From the NCBI GenBank assembly GCA_041653835.1, contig JBAZEP010000003.1:3812-67811 (forward strand): 64,000 nucleotides of DNA, written 5' to 3'. Shown here piece by piece: positions 36,896-45,712 of the stretch. The translations under genes were made by a program, and so were the position numbers. The notes below the pieces were generated by a model. It had not been told where the DNA came from and made no database searches. It saw only the letters and a program-made list of their open reading frames with translations. The stretch comes from Candidatus Omnitrophota bacterium. GTDB taxonomy: Bacteria; Omnitrophota; Gorgyraeia; Gorgyraeales; Gorgyraeaceae. Each line of letters begins with the position of its first letter. Within the stretch, counting starts at the first letter, position 1.

Positions 36896-39800
36896 ATGAA
36901 TTTTCCGGAATTCGGGGTAAGAAAACCTGTCACGAACCTGATGATATTTTCGGGCATCCTGGTCATCGCTTTATACAGTATTACGAAACTCGGCGTGGAT
37001 TTTTACCCGGAGATCGAGCCTCCCTCGATATCCGTTATCATAACTTATCCCGGCGCCAGCCCCGCGGACGTGGAAACCAAGGTTACAGAGCCGCTCGAGA
37101 ACCAGCTGGGTACTACCCCGGGACTTGAAAAACTTACTTCCCGTTCCATGGAAGGGATAGCGATAATAACCTGTAAGTTCATATGGGGCACCAAACTTGA
37201 CGAGGCATCCAATGACATACGGGACAGGATAGAGCTGGCAAAACGGTTCCTGCCGGATATACCGGACGAGATAGATAATCCTTATATATTCAAGTTTAAT
37301 ACCGCCAATATACCTATAATATTCCTCGGCTTCACCGCCAAAGAGTCTTTTCCTGATCTTCACGACATGATAGATAACAGGATCGGCGATGCCCTGCGCC
37401 AGCTGCCGGGCGTCGGCACTGTGCAGATCCAGGGCGGCGGGCTCGAGAGGCAGATAAATGTCTGGTTTGACAGGCAGAGGCTGGAAGGCTACGGCCTTTC
37501 CATACTTGATATCCAGGCCGTCCTTAAACGTGAGAACATAACTCAGCCCGTAGGGCGTATAAAAACAGGGCTTACGGATTATCTACTGAGGCTGCCTGGA
37601 GAATTCGAGAACCCTGAGGAATTAAATTCCGTTCTTATAGGCAAGGGCCAGGATAAATATGTTTATTTGAAAGATATCGCCAGGGTGGAGGATGGCTTTA
37701 AAGAAGTCACTTCTATTGTCAGGGTGAACAAGAGCCGCGGCATAATGATGTTTGTCCAGAAACAGTCCGGCACGAATACGGTTGAGGTGGCGGCAAGGGT
37801 AAAGAAAAAACTGGCTGAGCTCGAAAATGCCCTGCCAAGCGACGTAAAATCGGTACTGATATTCGATACATCAAAGGATATTATAAATTCTCTTAATTCC
37901 CTGAAAGGAAATATCTGGAGCGCCATAGCGCTCGTAATACTTGTTGTCTGGTTTTTTCTGCGGCAGGCCACGCCCAGCATGATAATAGCGCTTACCATCC
38001 CTTTTTCTCTGCTTATCAGTTTTATTTATCTTTTCCTGTCCGGAAGGACCATGAATATCATAAGCCTTTCAAGCCTGGCGATAGCGAGCGGTATGGTGGT
38101 CGATAACGCCATAGTCGTGGTGGATAATGTCCACAGGTATATACAACGGGGCACAAGGCCCGCGGAGGCATCCATATACGGCACATCCGAAATGTTCCTT
38201 TCAATAGCGGCGTCCACCCTTACTACCATAGTTGTTTTTATCCCGATGCTTTTTGTCGCGGGCGTAGTGGGAATAATGTTCAAGGAACTAGCCGTGATAA
38301 TTATAGTGACGCTTCTCGCGTCATTATTCACAGCCGCGACTTTTTCGCCTATGCTGTGTTCCAAATGGATGAAGCCCGGCGGCGGAACGAAAAAAGTGTT
38401 TCTCCGGAAGTTTTACAACTTATCCGAAAAGATGTTCGGATCATGGGAAAATTTTTACAGCAGGAGCCTGGCGTGGTGCCTGGGCCATAAAAAGACTGTC
38501 ATCCTTGGTTTTTCCGCGGTTTTTATCGCGAGTTTATTTCTGATGCCTTTTATAGGCAACGAATTCTCGCCGGAAGAGGATTCCGGGGATGTCAGGGTAA
38601 ATGTCGAACTTCCCATAGGTACAAGGCTTGAAGAGAGCGATAAGCTGGCGGGCATAATCGAGGATATTTTAGAAAAGGATGTCCCGGAGAAAGTTTATTA
38701 TTATGTGAGAAGCGGGGATGTCCAGGGCATAGGCAGGACCTTTGGCAATGCTTCCGGGAGCCATGTAATCGCGTCGGGAGTGAAACTTGTGCCTAAGACG
38801 GAACGAAAACGGTCTGTCAAGGACGTGGCGCAGGCCTTAAGAAAAAAGATAAGCGCTTTGCCGGGAGTGGTTAAGACAGACGCTTCAACAGGCACTCCCC
38901 TCGGCAGGATCATATCCGGGATGGGGGGCAAGGCTGTCCAGGTGGAGATTGTCGGCAACTCATTCGAAAAAACAGATAAGGCCGCGGCTGATATAAAAGC
39001 CATAATGGAGAAAGTCCCCGGCGCTGTAGACATTACGATATCAAGGGAATTGAGGAGGCCTGAGCTCAGGATGAAGGTTGACAGGGAAAAAGCCGCTGGA
39101 TTAGGGCTTGATATGAATACCGTTGCATCCAGCCTGAAGAGTTATATAGAAGGCTCCACAGCCACGCGATACAGGGAAGGAGGCGAGACATATGATATAC
39201 ATGTCAGGCTCGAAGAAGCTTCTCGTTCAAGCGTGGAAGACATCGAAGATCTTTTTATAGTTTCGCCATATACCAAAAAACAGGTCAGGTTCGGGAATAT
39301 CGCGGATGTCTATGAGACAAAAGGCCCTGTTGAAATAGAACGCCTGAACCGGGAAAGAGTGGTAAGGGTGGAGTGCAATACCTACGGCCGTTCAACGGGA
39401 AAGGTAGTGGAGGATATAAAGGAAAGGCTCAAAGGCATGTTGTTGCCGTCGGATGTAATGATAAATTTCGGAGGGGATGTCGAGGAGCAGGCAAAGGCGT
39501 TCAGGGACCTGTTGTTATTATTGATACTCGGGATAATGCTTGTTTATATGGTCATGGCGGCGCAGTTCGAATCCCTGAGAGACCCTTTTATCGTCATGTT
39601 CAGCATACCCTTTACTTTTACCGGCGTCCTGGCGGCTTTTTTTCTGACAAGGACTACGCTCAGCATTATAAGTTTTTTAGGCATGATAATGCTTATGGGT
39701 ATAGTGGTAAATAACGCCATAGTCCTGATCAGTTATATAAACATTTTACGCGCGAGAGGATTGGCGGTAATGGACGCGGTTACGCTTGCCGGCAAAGAGA

Positions 39801-40030
39801 GGCTCAGGCCTGTGCTCATGACTACTATTACCACGATGGCAGGGCTTCTGCCCCTGGCAATGTCAAGGGGCGAAGGCTCAGAGACGTGGAATCCGCTCGG
39901 TATCACGATGATAGGCGGCCTGACGGTATCCACTTTTGTTACCATGCTTTTTGTCCCTACACTCTACGCGATTTTTGAAACGAGGCTTGGAAAAAGAAAG
40001 GCAAAGAAAGCGGAAGAGAGGCCGTCATGA
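36896..40030 (+). CDS. efflux RND transporter permease (AcrB/CzcA family)
   Basis: 1044 aa with 12 TM segments and two large periplasmic loops. Confidence 0.9.
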   Translation: MNFPEFGVRKPVTNLMIFSGILVIALYSITKLGVDFYPEIEPPSISVIITYPGASPADVETKVTEPLENQLGTTPGLEKLTSRSMEGIAIITCKFIWGTKLDEASNDIRDRIELAKRFLPDIPDEIDNPYIFKFNTANIPIIFLGFTAKESFPDLHDMIDNRIGDALRQLPGVGTVQIQGGGLERQINVWFDRQRLEGYGLSILDIQAVLKRENITQPVGRIKTGLTDYLLRLPGEFENPEELNSVLIGKGQDKYVYLKDIARVEDGFKEVTSIVRVNKSRGIMMFVQKQSGTNTVEVAARVKKKLAELENALPSDVKSVLIFDTSKDIINSLNSLKGNIWSAIALVILVVWFFLRQATPSMIIALTIPFSLLISFIYLFLSGRTMNIISLSSLAIASGMVVDNAIVVVDNVHRYIQRGTRPAEASIYGTSEMFLSIAASTLTTIVVFIPMLFVAGVVGIMFKELAVIIIVTLLASLFTAATFSPMLCSKWMKPGGGTKKVFLRKFYNLSEKMFGSWENFYSRSLAWCLGHKKTVILGFSAVFIASLFLMPFIGNEFSPEEDSGDVRVNVELPIGTRLEESDKLAGIIEDILEKDVPEKVYYYVRSGDVQGIGRTFGNASGSHVIASGVKLVPKTERKRSVKDVAQALRKKISALPGVVKTDASTGTPLGRIISGMGGKAVQVEIVGNSFEKTDKAAADIKAIMEKVPGAVDITISRELRRPELRMKVDREKAAGLGLDMNTVASSLKSYIEGSTATRYREGGETYDIHVRLEEASRSSVEDIEDLFIVSPYTKKQVRFGNIADVYETKGPVEIERLNRERVVRVECNTYGRSTGKVVEDIKERLKGMLLPSDVMINFGGDVEEQAKAFRDLLLLLILGIMLVYMVMAAQFESLRDPFIVMFSIPFTFTGVLAAFFLTRTTLSIISFLGMIMLMGIVVNNAIVLISYINILRARGLAVMDAVTLAGKERLRPVLMTTITTMAGLLPLAMSRGEGSETWNPLGITMIGGLTVSTFVTMLFVPTLYAIFETRLGKRKAKKAEERPS

Positions 40031-40323
40031 TGAAGATGGTAATGGTAGTTTACAACGAAATAATGGACATGGAAGTGATGGAGGCGCTGGATAATTGCGG
40101 GGCGAAGAATTATACCAAGGTTACCGGCGCTTTAGGCAAAGGCGTTACTTCCGGCACTCATCTGGGAAACGACATCTGGCCCGGGAAAAATAATATCCTG
40201 TACGCGGCATGCGATAGCGCGGCGGCGGACAAACTATTCTCCTGCGCCGGAGAATTACGCAAAAAACTTGGCAGGGAAGGCATTAAGGCATTTAGCTGGG
40301 AATTGGACAGGGTAACGGAATAA
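40027..40323 (+). CDS. P-II-like small protein (DUF3240-type) linked to RND pump
   Basis: About 98 aa, overlapping the RND gene stop. This is a family guess from size and context. Confidence 0.45.
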   Translation: MMKMVMVVYNEIMDMEVMEALDNCGAKNYTKVTGALGKGVTSGTHLGNDIWPGKNNILYAACDSAAADKLFSCAGELRKKLGREGIKAFSWELDRVTE

Positions 40324-40366
40324 TTTTCTCGCCTTGCCCTGCGTTTTATGATATAGTCATAACATT

Positions 40367-40903
40367 GTGGATATTCAGGATAGCTGGGAAAAAGCGTTAA
40401 AATACACAAAGATCATAAGGCCGAGGCCGAAGGACCTGCTGACATTCGAACCTACGGATGTGCCTTACCTGTTCCTGGCGGAATCGTCTGTCAATCTGGG
40501 CGATACCGTGGTCAGGAAAGGCGAGGTGCGCGTCGAAAAACCAAACATAATCCTCCCGTCTAATATGCCCCAGTTCGAGGGTTTTGATTTTGACAGGGAA
40601 TTCCAATACGGGCAGGATACGATATTGAACTTTCTTCTTGTCAGGGGCGTCTCATTCCCCTCCCTTAAGTATAACAATAAAACTTCTTCGCTCGATATCT
40701 ATGAGGGCCATCTCGAAAAGGCCGTCGGTTATTATCGCGATAAATTGGAAAGAGGAGAAGATGTCCACAGGGGGCTGGTTACCGGCCCGGAAGACTCCTG
40801 GCAGTTTTCCGTCCTTATCTTTATAGCCTCCCAGATAATACGCTCGGCAGACGGCGATATAAAAAGATTATTGGAACGGTTCAGGGAAGATCGGGATAAT
40901 TAA
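40367..40903 (+). CDS. hypothetical protein
   Basis: 178-aa ORF with no recognisable motif, followed by a strong hairpin. Confidence 0.4.
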   Translation: MDIQDSWEKALKYTKIIRPRPKDLLTFEPTDVPYLFLAESSVNLGDTVVRKGEVRVEKPNIILPSNMPQFEGFDFDREFQYGQDTILNFLLVRGVSFPSLKYNNKTSSLDIYEGHLEKAVGYYRDKLERGEDVHRGLVTGPEDSWQFSVLIFIASQIIRSADGDIKRLLERFREDRDN

Positions 40904-40952
40904 GGTTGAACCTTTGATGCCTTGTTTCCATGGCAAAGGTTCAACCTTAATT
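40898..40952 (+). terminator. long hairpin (19-bp stem AATTAAGGTTGAACCTTTG / CAAAGGTTCAACCTTAATT), probable terminator
   Basis: Perfect 19-bp inverted repeat with a 17-nt loop immediately after the stop codon; the downstream T-tract is weak. Confidence 0.6.
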
Positions 40953-40956
40953 ATTT

Positions 40957-41991
40957 GTGCCCATGCAGAAAAAAGATATCAAAAACCTCACGCTCGAAGA
41001 ATTAAAGGAAGAATTCGGCAGGATTTCCGAGCCTTTATACAGGGCGGCGCAGGTATTTTCCTGGGTCTATAAAAAAGGCGCGGCTGATTTCAGCGCCATG
41101 AATAACCTTCCAAAGGCATTGCGGGATAAGCTGGCGCTGCATTTTTGTATCGGCGCCATAAAACCCCTGAGGCATCTCAAATCTATTGATAAGGCGGAAA
41201 AAGTCCTTTTTCAGCTTACCGACGATAATAAGATAGAAACAGTCCTTATTCCCGCCGCCAGGAGGAATACTCTCTGCGTATCTACGCAGGCGGGCTGTAA
41301 ATACGCGTGCTCTTTCTGCGCGAGCGGCATGAATGGTTTTAAAAGGAACCTCACAACGTCGGAAATATTAAGCCAGGTGTTATTTATGAAGTATAACCTG
41401 AAACACGATCTGACGAATTTTGTTTTTATGGGCATGGGCGAACCTTTTGATAATTATGAAAATGTAGTTAAGGCGATAAGGATAATGAATTCACCCGGGG
41501 CATTGGCGATAGCCGCCAGGAGGATAACTGTTTCCACCTCCGGGATAATACCGGGTATAGAAAAATTCAAAGAATTAGGATTGCAGGTCAATCTTTCCAT
41601 ATCCCTGCACGCCGCGGATAACGCGCTCAGGGATAGATTGATGAGTGTAAATAAAAAATACCCTCTTGAAGAACTCTTAAAGGCTTGCGAAGGTTATATC
41701 AGTTTCGGCGGCAGGATGATCACGCTTGAGTATATAGTAATCAAAGGCGTTAATGACTCTCCGCGGGACGCGGGAGGGCTGGCGCGGATAGCGAAAAGGC
41801 TGAAAGCAAAGGTAAATCTTATAACTTACAGCGATACAGGAATAGCTGATTTTCAGGCCCCTATTAAAGAGGATGTGGAAAGTTTTAAAGATAGTCTTAT
41901 CGAAAAGGGAGTTAACGCGACCATAAGGGAATCCAAGGGCAAAGACATAATGGCGGCATGCGGCCAACTCGCCGCTAGCCCCGTGTCCTAA
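40957..41991 (+). CDS. rlmN: 23S rRNA (adenine2503-C2)-methyltransferase, radical SAM
   Basis: STQAGCKYACSFCASG radical-SAM motif, and the C-terminal MAACGQL catalytic Cys region. Confidence 0.9.
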   Translation: MPMQKKDIKNLTLEELKEEFGRISEPLYRAAQVFSWVYKKGAADFSAMNNLPKALRDKLALHFCIGAIKPLRHLKSIDKAEKVLFQLTDDNKIETVLIPAARRNTLCVSTQAGCKYACSFCASGMNGFKRNLTTSEILSQVLFMKYNLKHDLTNFVFMGMGEPFDNYENVVKAIRIMNSPGALAIAARRITVSTSGIIPGIEKFKELGLQVNLSISLHAADNALRDRLMSVNKKYPLEELLKACEGYISFGGRMITLEYIVIKGVNDSPRDAGGLARIAKRLKAKVNLITYSDTGIADFQAPIKEDVESFKDSLIEKGVNATIRESKGKDIMAACGQLAASPVS

Positions 41992-42028
41992 TGTCACATT
42001 TAAGACACTGTCTTAAATGTGACATTAG
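41988..42028. repeat. 41-nt REP-like palindrome, copy 4
   Basis: CTAATGTCACATTTAAGACA-C-TGTCTTAAATGTGACATTAG. It supplies the rlmN stop codon. Confidence 0.9.
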
Positions 42029-42046
42029 AGAATTAAGGGAGAGGCA

Positions 42047-42730
42047 ATGATAAAAATCGGCATAAAAAAATGGCCGAAGGACGAGAGGCCCAGGGAAAAA
42101 CTCTTTAAATACGGGGAGCACACGCTGACCAACGCGGAACTCCTGGCGATATTATTCCGTTCGGGCGTAAAAGGCGCGAGCGCGGTGGATTTGGCAAGGC
42201 AGGTGATGGCGCACTTCAAGACTTTCAGGAACATGAGCCATACTGATATTTCCGAGATGAAGAAGTTTAAGGGCCTGGGAGAGGCGAAGATAGCGCAGTT
42301 AAGGGCGAGTTTTGAAATAGCGAGGCGGTTTATGTCCGAGCCCAAAAAGACATCAGGCTCGATAAAATCCCCGAAGGACGCTATTGAGCTTTTTATGCCG
42401 AGATTAAGGGATATCAAAAAAGAGGTGTTCCAGGTACTGCTGTTGAACAGCAAAAATAATATAATAGAAATAGCCGAGATAGAGGAAGGGACTGTTGACC
42501 AGGCAAACCCGCAGATAAGGGAGATAGCTTTAAAGGCGCTTCAAAAATTCGCGGTAAGTATAATAGCGGTACATAATCATCCATCAGGGGATCCTGAGCC
42601 GAGCAGGGAAGATGAGGCGTTTACGAGAAATCTCGCGACAGCCTGCAGGGCATTGCAAATAAACGTCCTGGACCATATAATAATAGGAGATAATAGGCAT
42701 TACAGTTTCGCGGAACATAAGCATCTGTAG
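42047..42730 (+). CDS. radC: RadC-family (JAMM-like) DNA repair protein
   Basis: LTNAELLAILFRSG HhH region and the HNHPSGDPEPSREDEAFT motif. Confidence 0.85.
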   Translation: MIKIGIKKWPKDERPREKLFKYGEHTLTNAELLAILFRSGVKGASAVDLARQVMAHFKTFRNMSHTDISEMKKFKGLGEAKIAQLRASFEIARRFMSEPKKTSGSIKSPKDAIELFMPRLRDIKKEVFQVLLLNSKNNIIEIAEIEEGTVDQANPQIREIALKALQKFAVSIIAVHNHPSGDPEPSREDEAFTRNLATACRALQINVLDHIIIGDNRHYSFAEHKHL

Positions 42731-42807
42731 GCGCCCGTAGCTCAATTGGATAGAGTGGCTGGCTTCGAACCAGCAGGTTGGGTGTTCGATTCACCCCGGG
42801 CGCACCA
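42731..42807 (+). tRNA. tRNA-Arg (anticodon TCG)
   Basis: Cloverleaf with anticodon loop CTTCGAA. CCA is encoded. Confidence 0.8.
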
Positions 42808-42820
42808 TGCCTAAATATTA

Positions 42821-42849
42821 TTGACGGATTTTTTAACCTGTGATATCAT
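42821..42849 (+). promoter_or_regulatory. promoter TTGACG-N17-(TGa)TATCAT for the tRNA Lys-Leu-Gly cluster
   Basis: Near-consensus -35 and an extended -10, 27 nt upstream of tRNA-Lys. Confidence 0.55.
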
Positions 42850-42875
42850 TTAATCTTAACATCTGAACTAAGAGT

Positions 42876-42951
42876 GCCCCCATAGCTCAGTTGGTAGAGC
42901 ACCTGACTCTTAATCAGGGTGTCACAGGTTCGAGCCCTGTTGGGGGTACCA
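42876..42951 (+). tRNA. tRNA-Lys (anticodon CTT)
   Basis: Anticodon loop CTCTTAA. CCA is encoded. Confidence 0.8.
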
Positions 42952-42952
42952 C

Positions 42953-43037
42953 GCGAGGGTGGCGGAATTGGCAGACGCGCTAGCCTTAGGAGCTAGTGGG
43001 GAGACCCCTGAGGGTTCGACTCCCTCCTCTCGCACCA
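42953..43037 (+). tRNA. tRNA-Leu (anticodon TAG), long variable arm
   Basis: Anticodon loop CTTAGGA with an extra arm; 85 nt. Confidence 0.8.
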
Positions 43038-43091
43038 AATGTGCTGTATGCTTCTAACCTGGTTAGAAGTAGATGAGAAGTAGATGTGTAC

Positions 43092-43166
43092 GCGGGAGTA
43101 GCTCAGTGGTAGAGCTTCTCGTTGCCAACGAGAAGGTCGCGGGTTCGAACCCCGTCTCCCGCTCCA
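43092..43166 (+). tRNA. tRNA-Gly (anticodon GCC)
   Basis: GCGGGAGTAGCTCAGTGGTAGAGC...TTGCCAA...GGTTCGAAC. Confidence 0.85.
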
Positions 43167-43180
43167 TTGTTTTAGCAGTA

Positions 43181-43298
43181 GGGGTTCGAAGAGAGCCCTG
43201 TTTTGAAATACGACGAACAGGAGGATTTCAAGGGCGAGTGGCCGACCCGTAGTCCGCCGTTAGGCGGACGAAGGGCGCCGAACCCCGTCTCCCGCTCC
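43181..43298 (+). repeat. tRNA-associated conserved element ending in a 20-nt direct repeat of the tRNA-Gly 3' end
   Basis: CGAACCCCGTCTCCCGCTCC occurs at 43146-43165 and again at 43279-43298. It shares GAGTGGCCGACCCG...GGGCGCCGA and upstream blocks with the element at 28538-28643. Confidence 0.8.
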
Positions 43299-43371
43299 GA
43301 GTTCCGCCGAAGGCGGAACGAGTCCCGAGCAGCAATTTAGCTTGAAGATAGCTGCGAGGGACAAGATAAAA

Positions 43372-43632
43372 ATGTGGTATTTATATATAGTAAAGTGTAA
43401 GGACAGTTCTTTATATACCGGCATATCTAAAAATGTTAAAGATAGAGTGTTGGCGCATAATAACGGCAAAGGTTCAAAGTATACTAGGAATAGAAAACCC
43501 GTAGAGTTAATATATACAGAAGAATTTGGAACCAAGAGTGAGGCATTAAAAAGGGAAATAGGAATAAAAAAGCTTAGCGCCAAGAATAAAGATAGATTAG
43601 TACGGAAAAAAGAAAAATATAGATTAGGCTAG
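43372..43632 (+). CDS. GIY-YIG nuclease superfamily protein (YhbQ/UPF0213-like), copy 2
   Basis: WYLYIVKCKDSSLYTGISKNVKDRVLAHNNGKGSKYTRNRKPVELIYTEEF...ALKREIGIKK. Confidence 0.7.
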   Translation: MWYLYIVKCKDSSLYTGISKNVKDRVLAHNNGKGSKYTRNRKPVELIYTEEFGTKSEALKREIGIKKLSAKNKDRLVRKKEKYRLG

Positions 43633-43716
43633 CAAGCAAATAGGTCCCTCGCCGCCCGATGGTAAAAACTATAGCGGCTCGGGATCGAATTTGCTTCGCA
43701 AATTCGGGAGGAACAG

Positions 43717-44187
43717 ATGCACATACTTGATTTTTTGAATGAAAAGGCGGTATCGGCTGACCTGAAATCACAGGATAAAAACAGCGCCATAAAAGAGCTC
43801 ACGGATCTCTTGGTAAAATCAGGCCAGTTAAAGCCTAAAGACCGGGACTCCGTCGTCAAGGTGCTTTTGAACAGGGAAGCCCTTGGGTCGACCGGCATCG
43901 GGCAGGGCGTCGCCATACCGCACGGGAAATGCGAATATGTGAATGAACTCATAGGCGCTTTCGGGGTGTCCAAGGCCGGCATAAAGTTCGATTCGCTGGA
44001 CGGAGAGCCTGCCTATATATTTTTCCTGCTATTGGCCCCTGTAGAATCATCAGGACCTCATCTAAAGGCGCTGGCGCGTATCTCAAAATTATTAAAAGAT
44101 AAGTACTTCAGGGATTCGTTGAAAAAATCAGACAGCGAAAAAGCGCTGATCAAGACCATAAAAGAAGAAGATCAAAGAAGGGCATAA
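43717..44187 (+). CDS. ptsN: PTS IIA-Ntr type nitrogen-regulatory protein
   Basis: PTS EIIA type-2 fold with the GIGQGVAIPHGK active-site His region. Confidence 0.8.
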   Translation: MHILDFLNEKAVSADLKSQDKNSAIKELTDLLVKSGQLKPKDRDSVVKVLLNREALGSTGIGQGVAIPHGKCEYVNELIGAFGVSKAGIKFDSLDGEPAYIFFLLLAPVESSGPHLKALARISKLLKDKYFRDSLKKSDSEKALIKTIKEEDQRRA

Positions 44188-44193
44188 AACTAT

Positions 44194-45438
44194 ATGAGAA
44201 GGTTTAAATGGCTTTATCCCGGGATGAAAATAAAGCGCTGGATATTTACATCTTCCACCGGCGTTTTACTTGTAGCCATAGGTTCTATCATATGGATGCT
44301 TAAAAAATTCCCGGATTCCAGGATCATAGGCATTTCCATAGCCATTCTCGGCGCCCTCGTAGTCATATACGGCATGAAGAGGATGCTGAAATCGTTCGTC
44401 GCGGTCTTTCTCCCGCAAAGAGAAAAAGAGCTTGTCGATATAATGTATCATTACCGGCAGCTTGAAAAAGGTCCGAAGATAGTGGTAATAGGGGGAGGCA
44501 CAGGGCTTTCTACCATACTCCACGGTTTAAAGGAACAGACAAGCAATATCACCGCAATAGTAACAGTCGCGGATGACGGCGGGTCTTCCGGCAGGTTGCG
44601 GGAGCAGTTTGACATACTTCCCCCCGGGGATATAAGGAACTGTCTTGTCGCGCTGGCGGACGCGGAACCGTTAATGAGAGAACTGTTCCAGTTCAGATTC
44701 GGCGACGGGTCGGAATTAAAAGGGCATAGTTTCGGGAATTTATTCATAACCGCGATGTGCAAGGTTACGGGAGATTTCGAAAAGGCGATAAAAGAATCCA
44801 GCAAAGTCCTCGCGATAAGGGGGAGGGTCATCCCGTCCACGTTCGAGAAAGTAAAACTCGTCGCGGAGTATGTCAATGGCCAGAAGACCGTGGGCGAGAC
44901 AAAGATAGGCAAGCAAAATGCGCCGATAAAAAAGGTCTACCTGGATCCTTTGCATTGTAAAGCCAGCGGGGAATCTTTCGAAGCGATAGCCGAGGCGGAT
45001 ATAATAGTGCTCGGGCCGGGCAGTCTTTATACAAGCGTTATACCCAACCTGCTGGTAGACGGCATCGCGGAAAAGATAGCGTTGTCCAGGGCGCAGAAGG
45101 TTTACGTGTGTAACGTCATGACCCAGGCGGGAGAGACGGATAATTATACGGCGTTTGATCATATGAACGCGCTTATAACGCATACAAGGCCCGATATAAT
45201 AAATTATTGCATAGTAAATACCGGAAAAGTCCTCAAAGAACTCCTTAAAAAATATGAAGAAGAAGGCGCTTATCCCGTGGTGGCCGATTCGGATAAGATC
45301 ATCGAGAACGGTTACAACGTGATAGAGGGCGACGTCGTGAATATCCAGAATTACGTGAGGCACGACGCCAAAAAACTCTCAAAGATCATTATAGACCTTA
45401 CCCTCAAGACAAAAGGCAAAAAAATATCCATTGATTAG
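44194..45438 (+). CDS. yvcK: gluconeogenesis factor / UPF0052 YvcK family (CofD-like) with N-terminal TM anchor
   Basis: KIVVIGGGTGLSTIL...VADDGGSSGRLR motif. Confidence 0.85.
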   Translation: MRRFKWLYPGMKIKRWIFTSSTGVLLVAIGSIIWMLKKFPDSRIIGISIAILGALVVIYGMKRMLKSFVAVFLPQREKELVDIMYHYRQLEKGPKIVVIGGGTGLSTILHGLKEQTSNITAIVTVADDGGSSGRLREQFDILPPGDIRNCLVALADAEPLMRELFQFRFGDGSELKGHSFGNLFITAMCKVTGDFEKAIKESSKVLAIRGRVIPSTFEKVKLVAEYVNGQKTVGETKIGKQNAPIKKVYLDPLHCKASGESFEAIAEADIIVLGPGSLYTSVIPNLLVDGIAEKIALSRAQKVYVCNVMTQAGETDNYTAFDHMNALITHTRPDIINYCIVNTGKVLKELLKKYEEEGAYPVVADSDKIIENGYNVIEGDVVNIQNYVRHDAKKLSKIIIDLTLKTKGKKISID

Positions 45439-45448
45439 GTGATTTGCC

Positions 45449-45712
45449 ATGTTGATAGAAAAAAAATTAACGATCCGGAATGAACAGGGGCTCCACGCGA
45501 GGCCGGCCGCGATATTCGTCCAGATAGCCAATAAATACGAGAGCGATATCATCGTAAAAAAAGGCAGGCAGGGCGTTAACGGGAAATCTATCATGGGCCT
45601 CCTGACCCTGGCCGCGGAAAAAGGCGCTGTGCTCCATATTAAGGTAAACGGCGCGGACGCCAAGGAAGCCATCGAGGAACTTGAAAAGGTAATATTGGGA
45701 GAAATGCCATAA
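45449..45712 (+). CDS. ptsH: phosphocarrier protein HPr
   Basis: GLHARPA His-15 region and the GKSIMG Ser-46 region. Confidence 0.85.
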   Translation: MLIEKKLTIRNEQGLHARPAAIFVQIANKYESDIIVKKGRQGVNGKSIMGLLTLAAEKGAVLHIKVNGADAKEAIEELEKVILGEMP

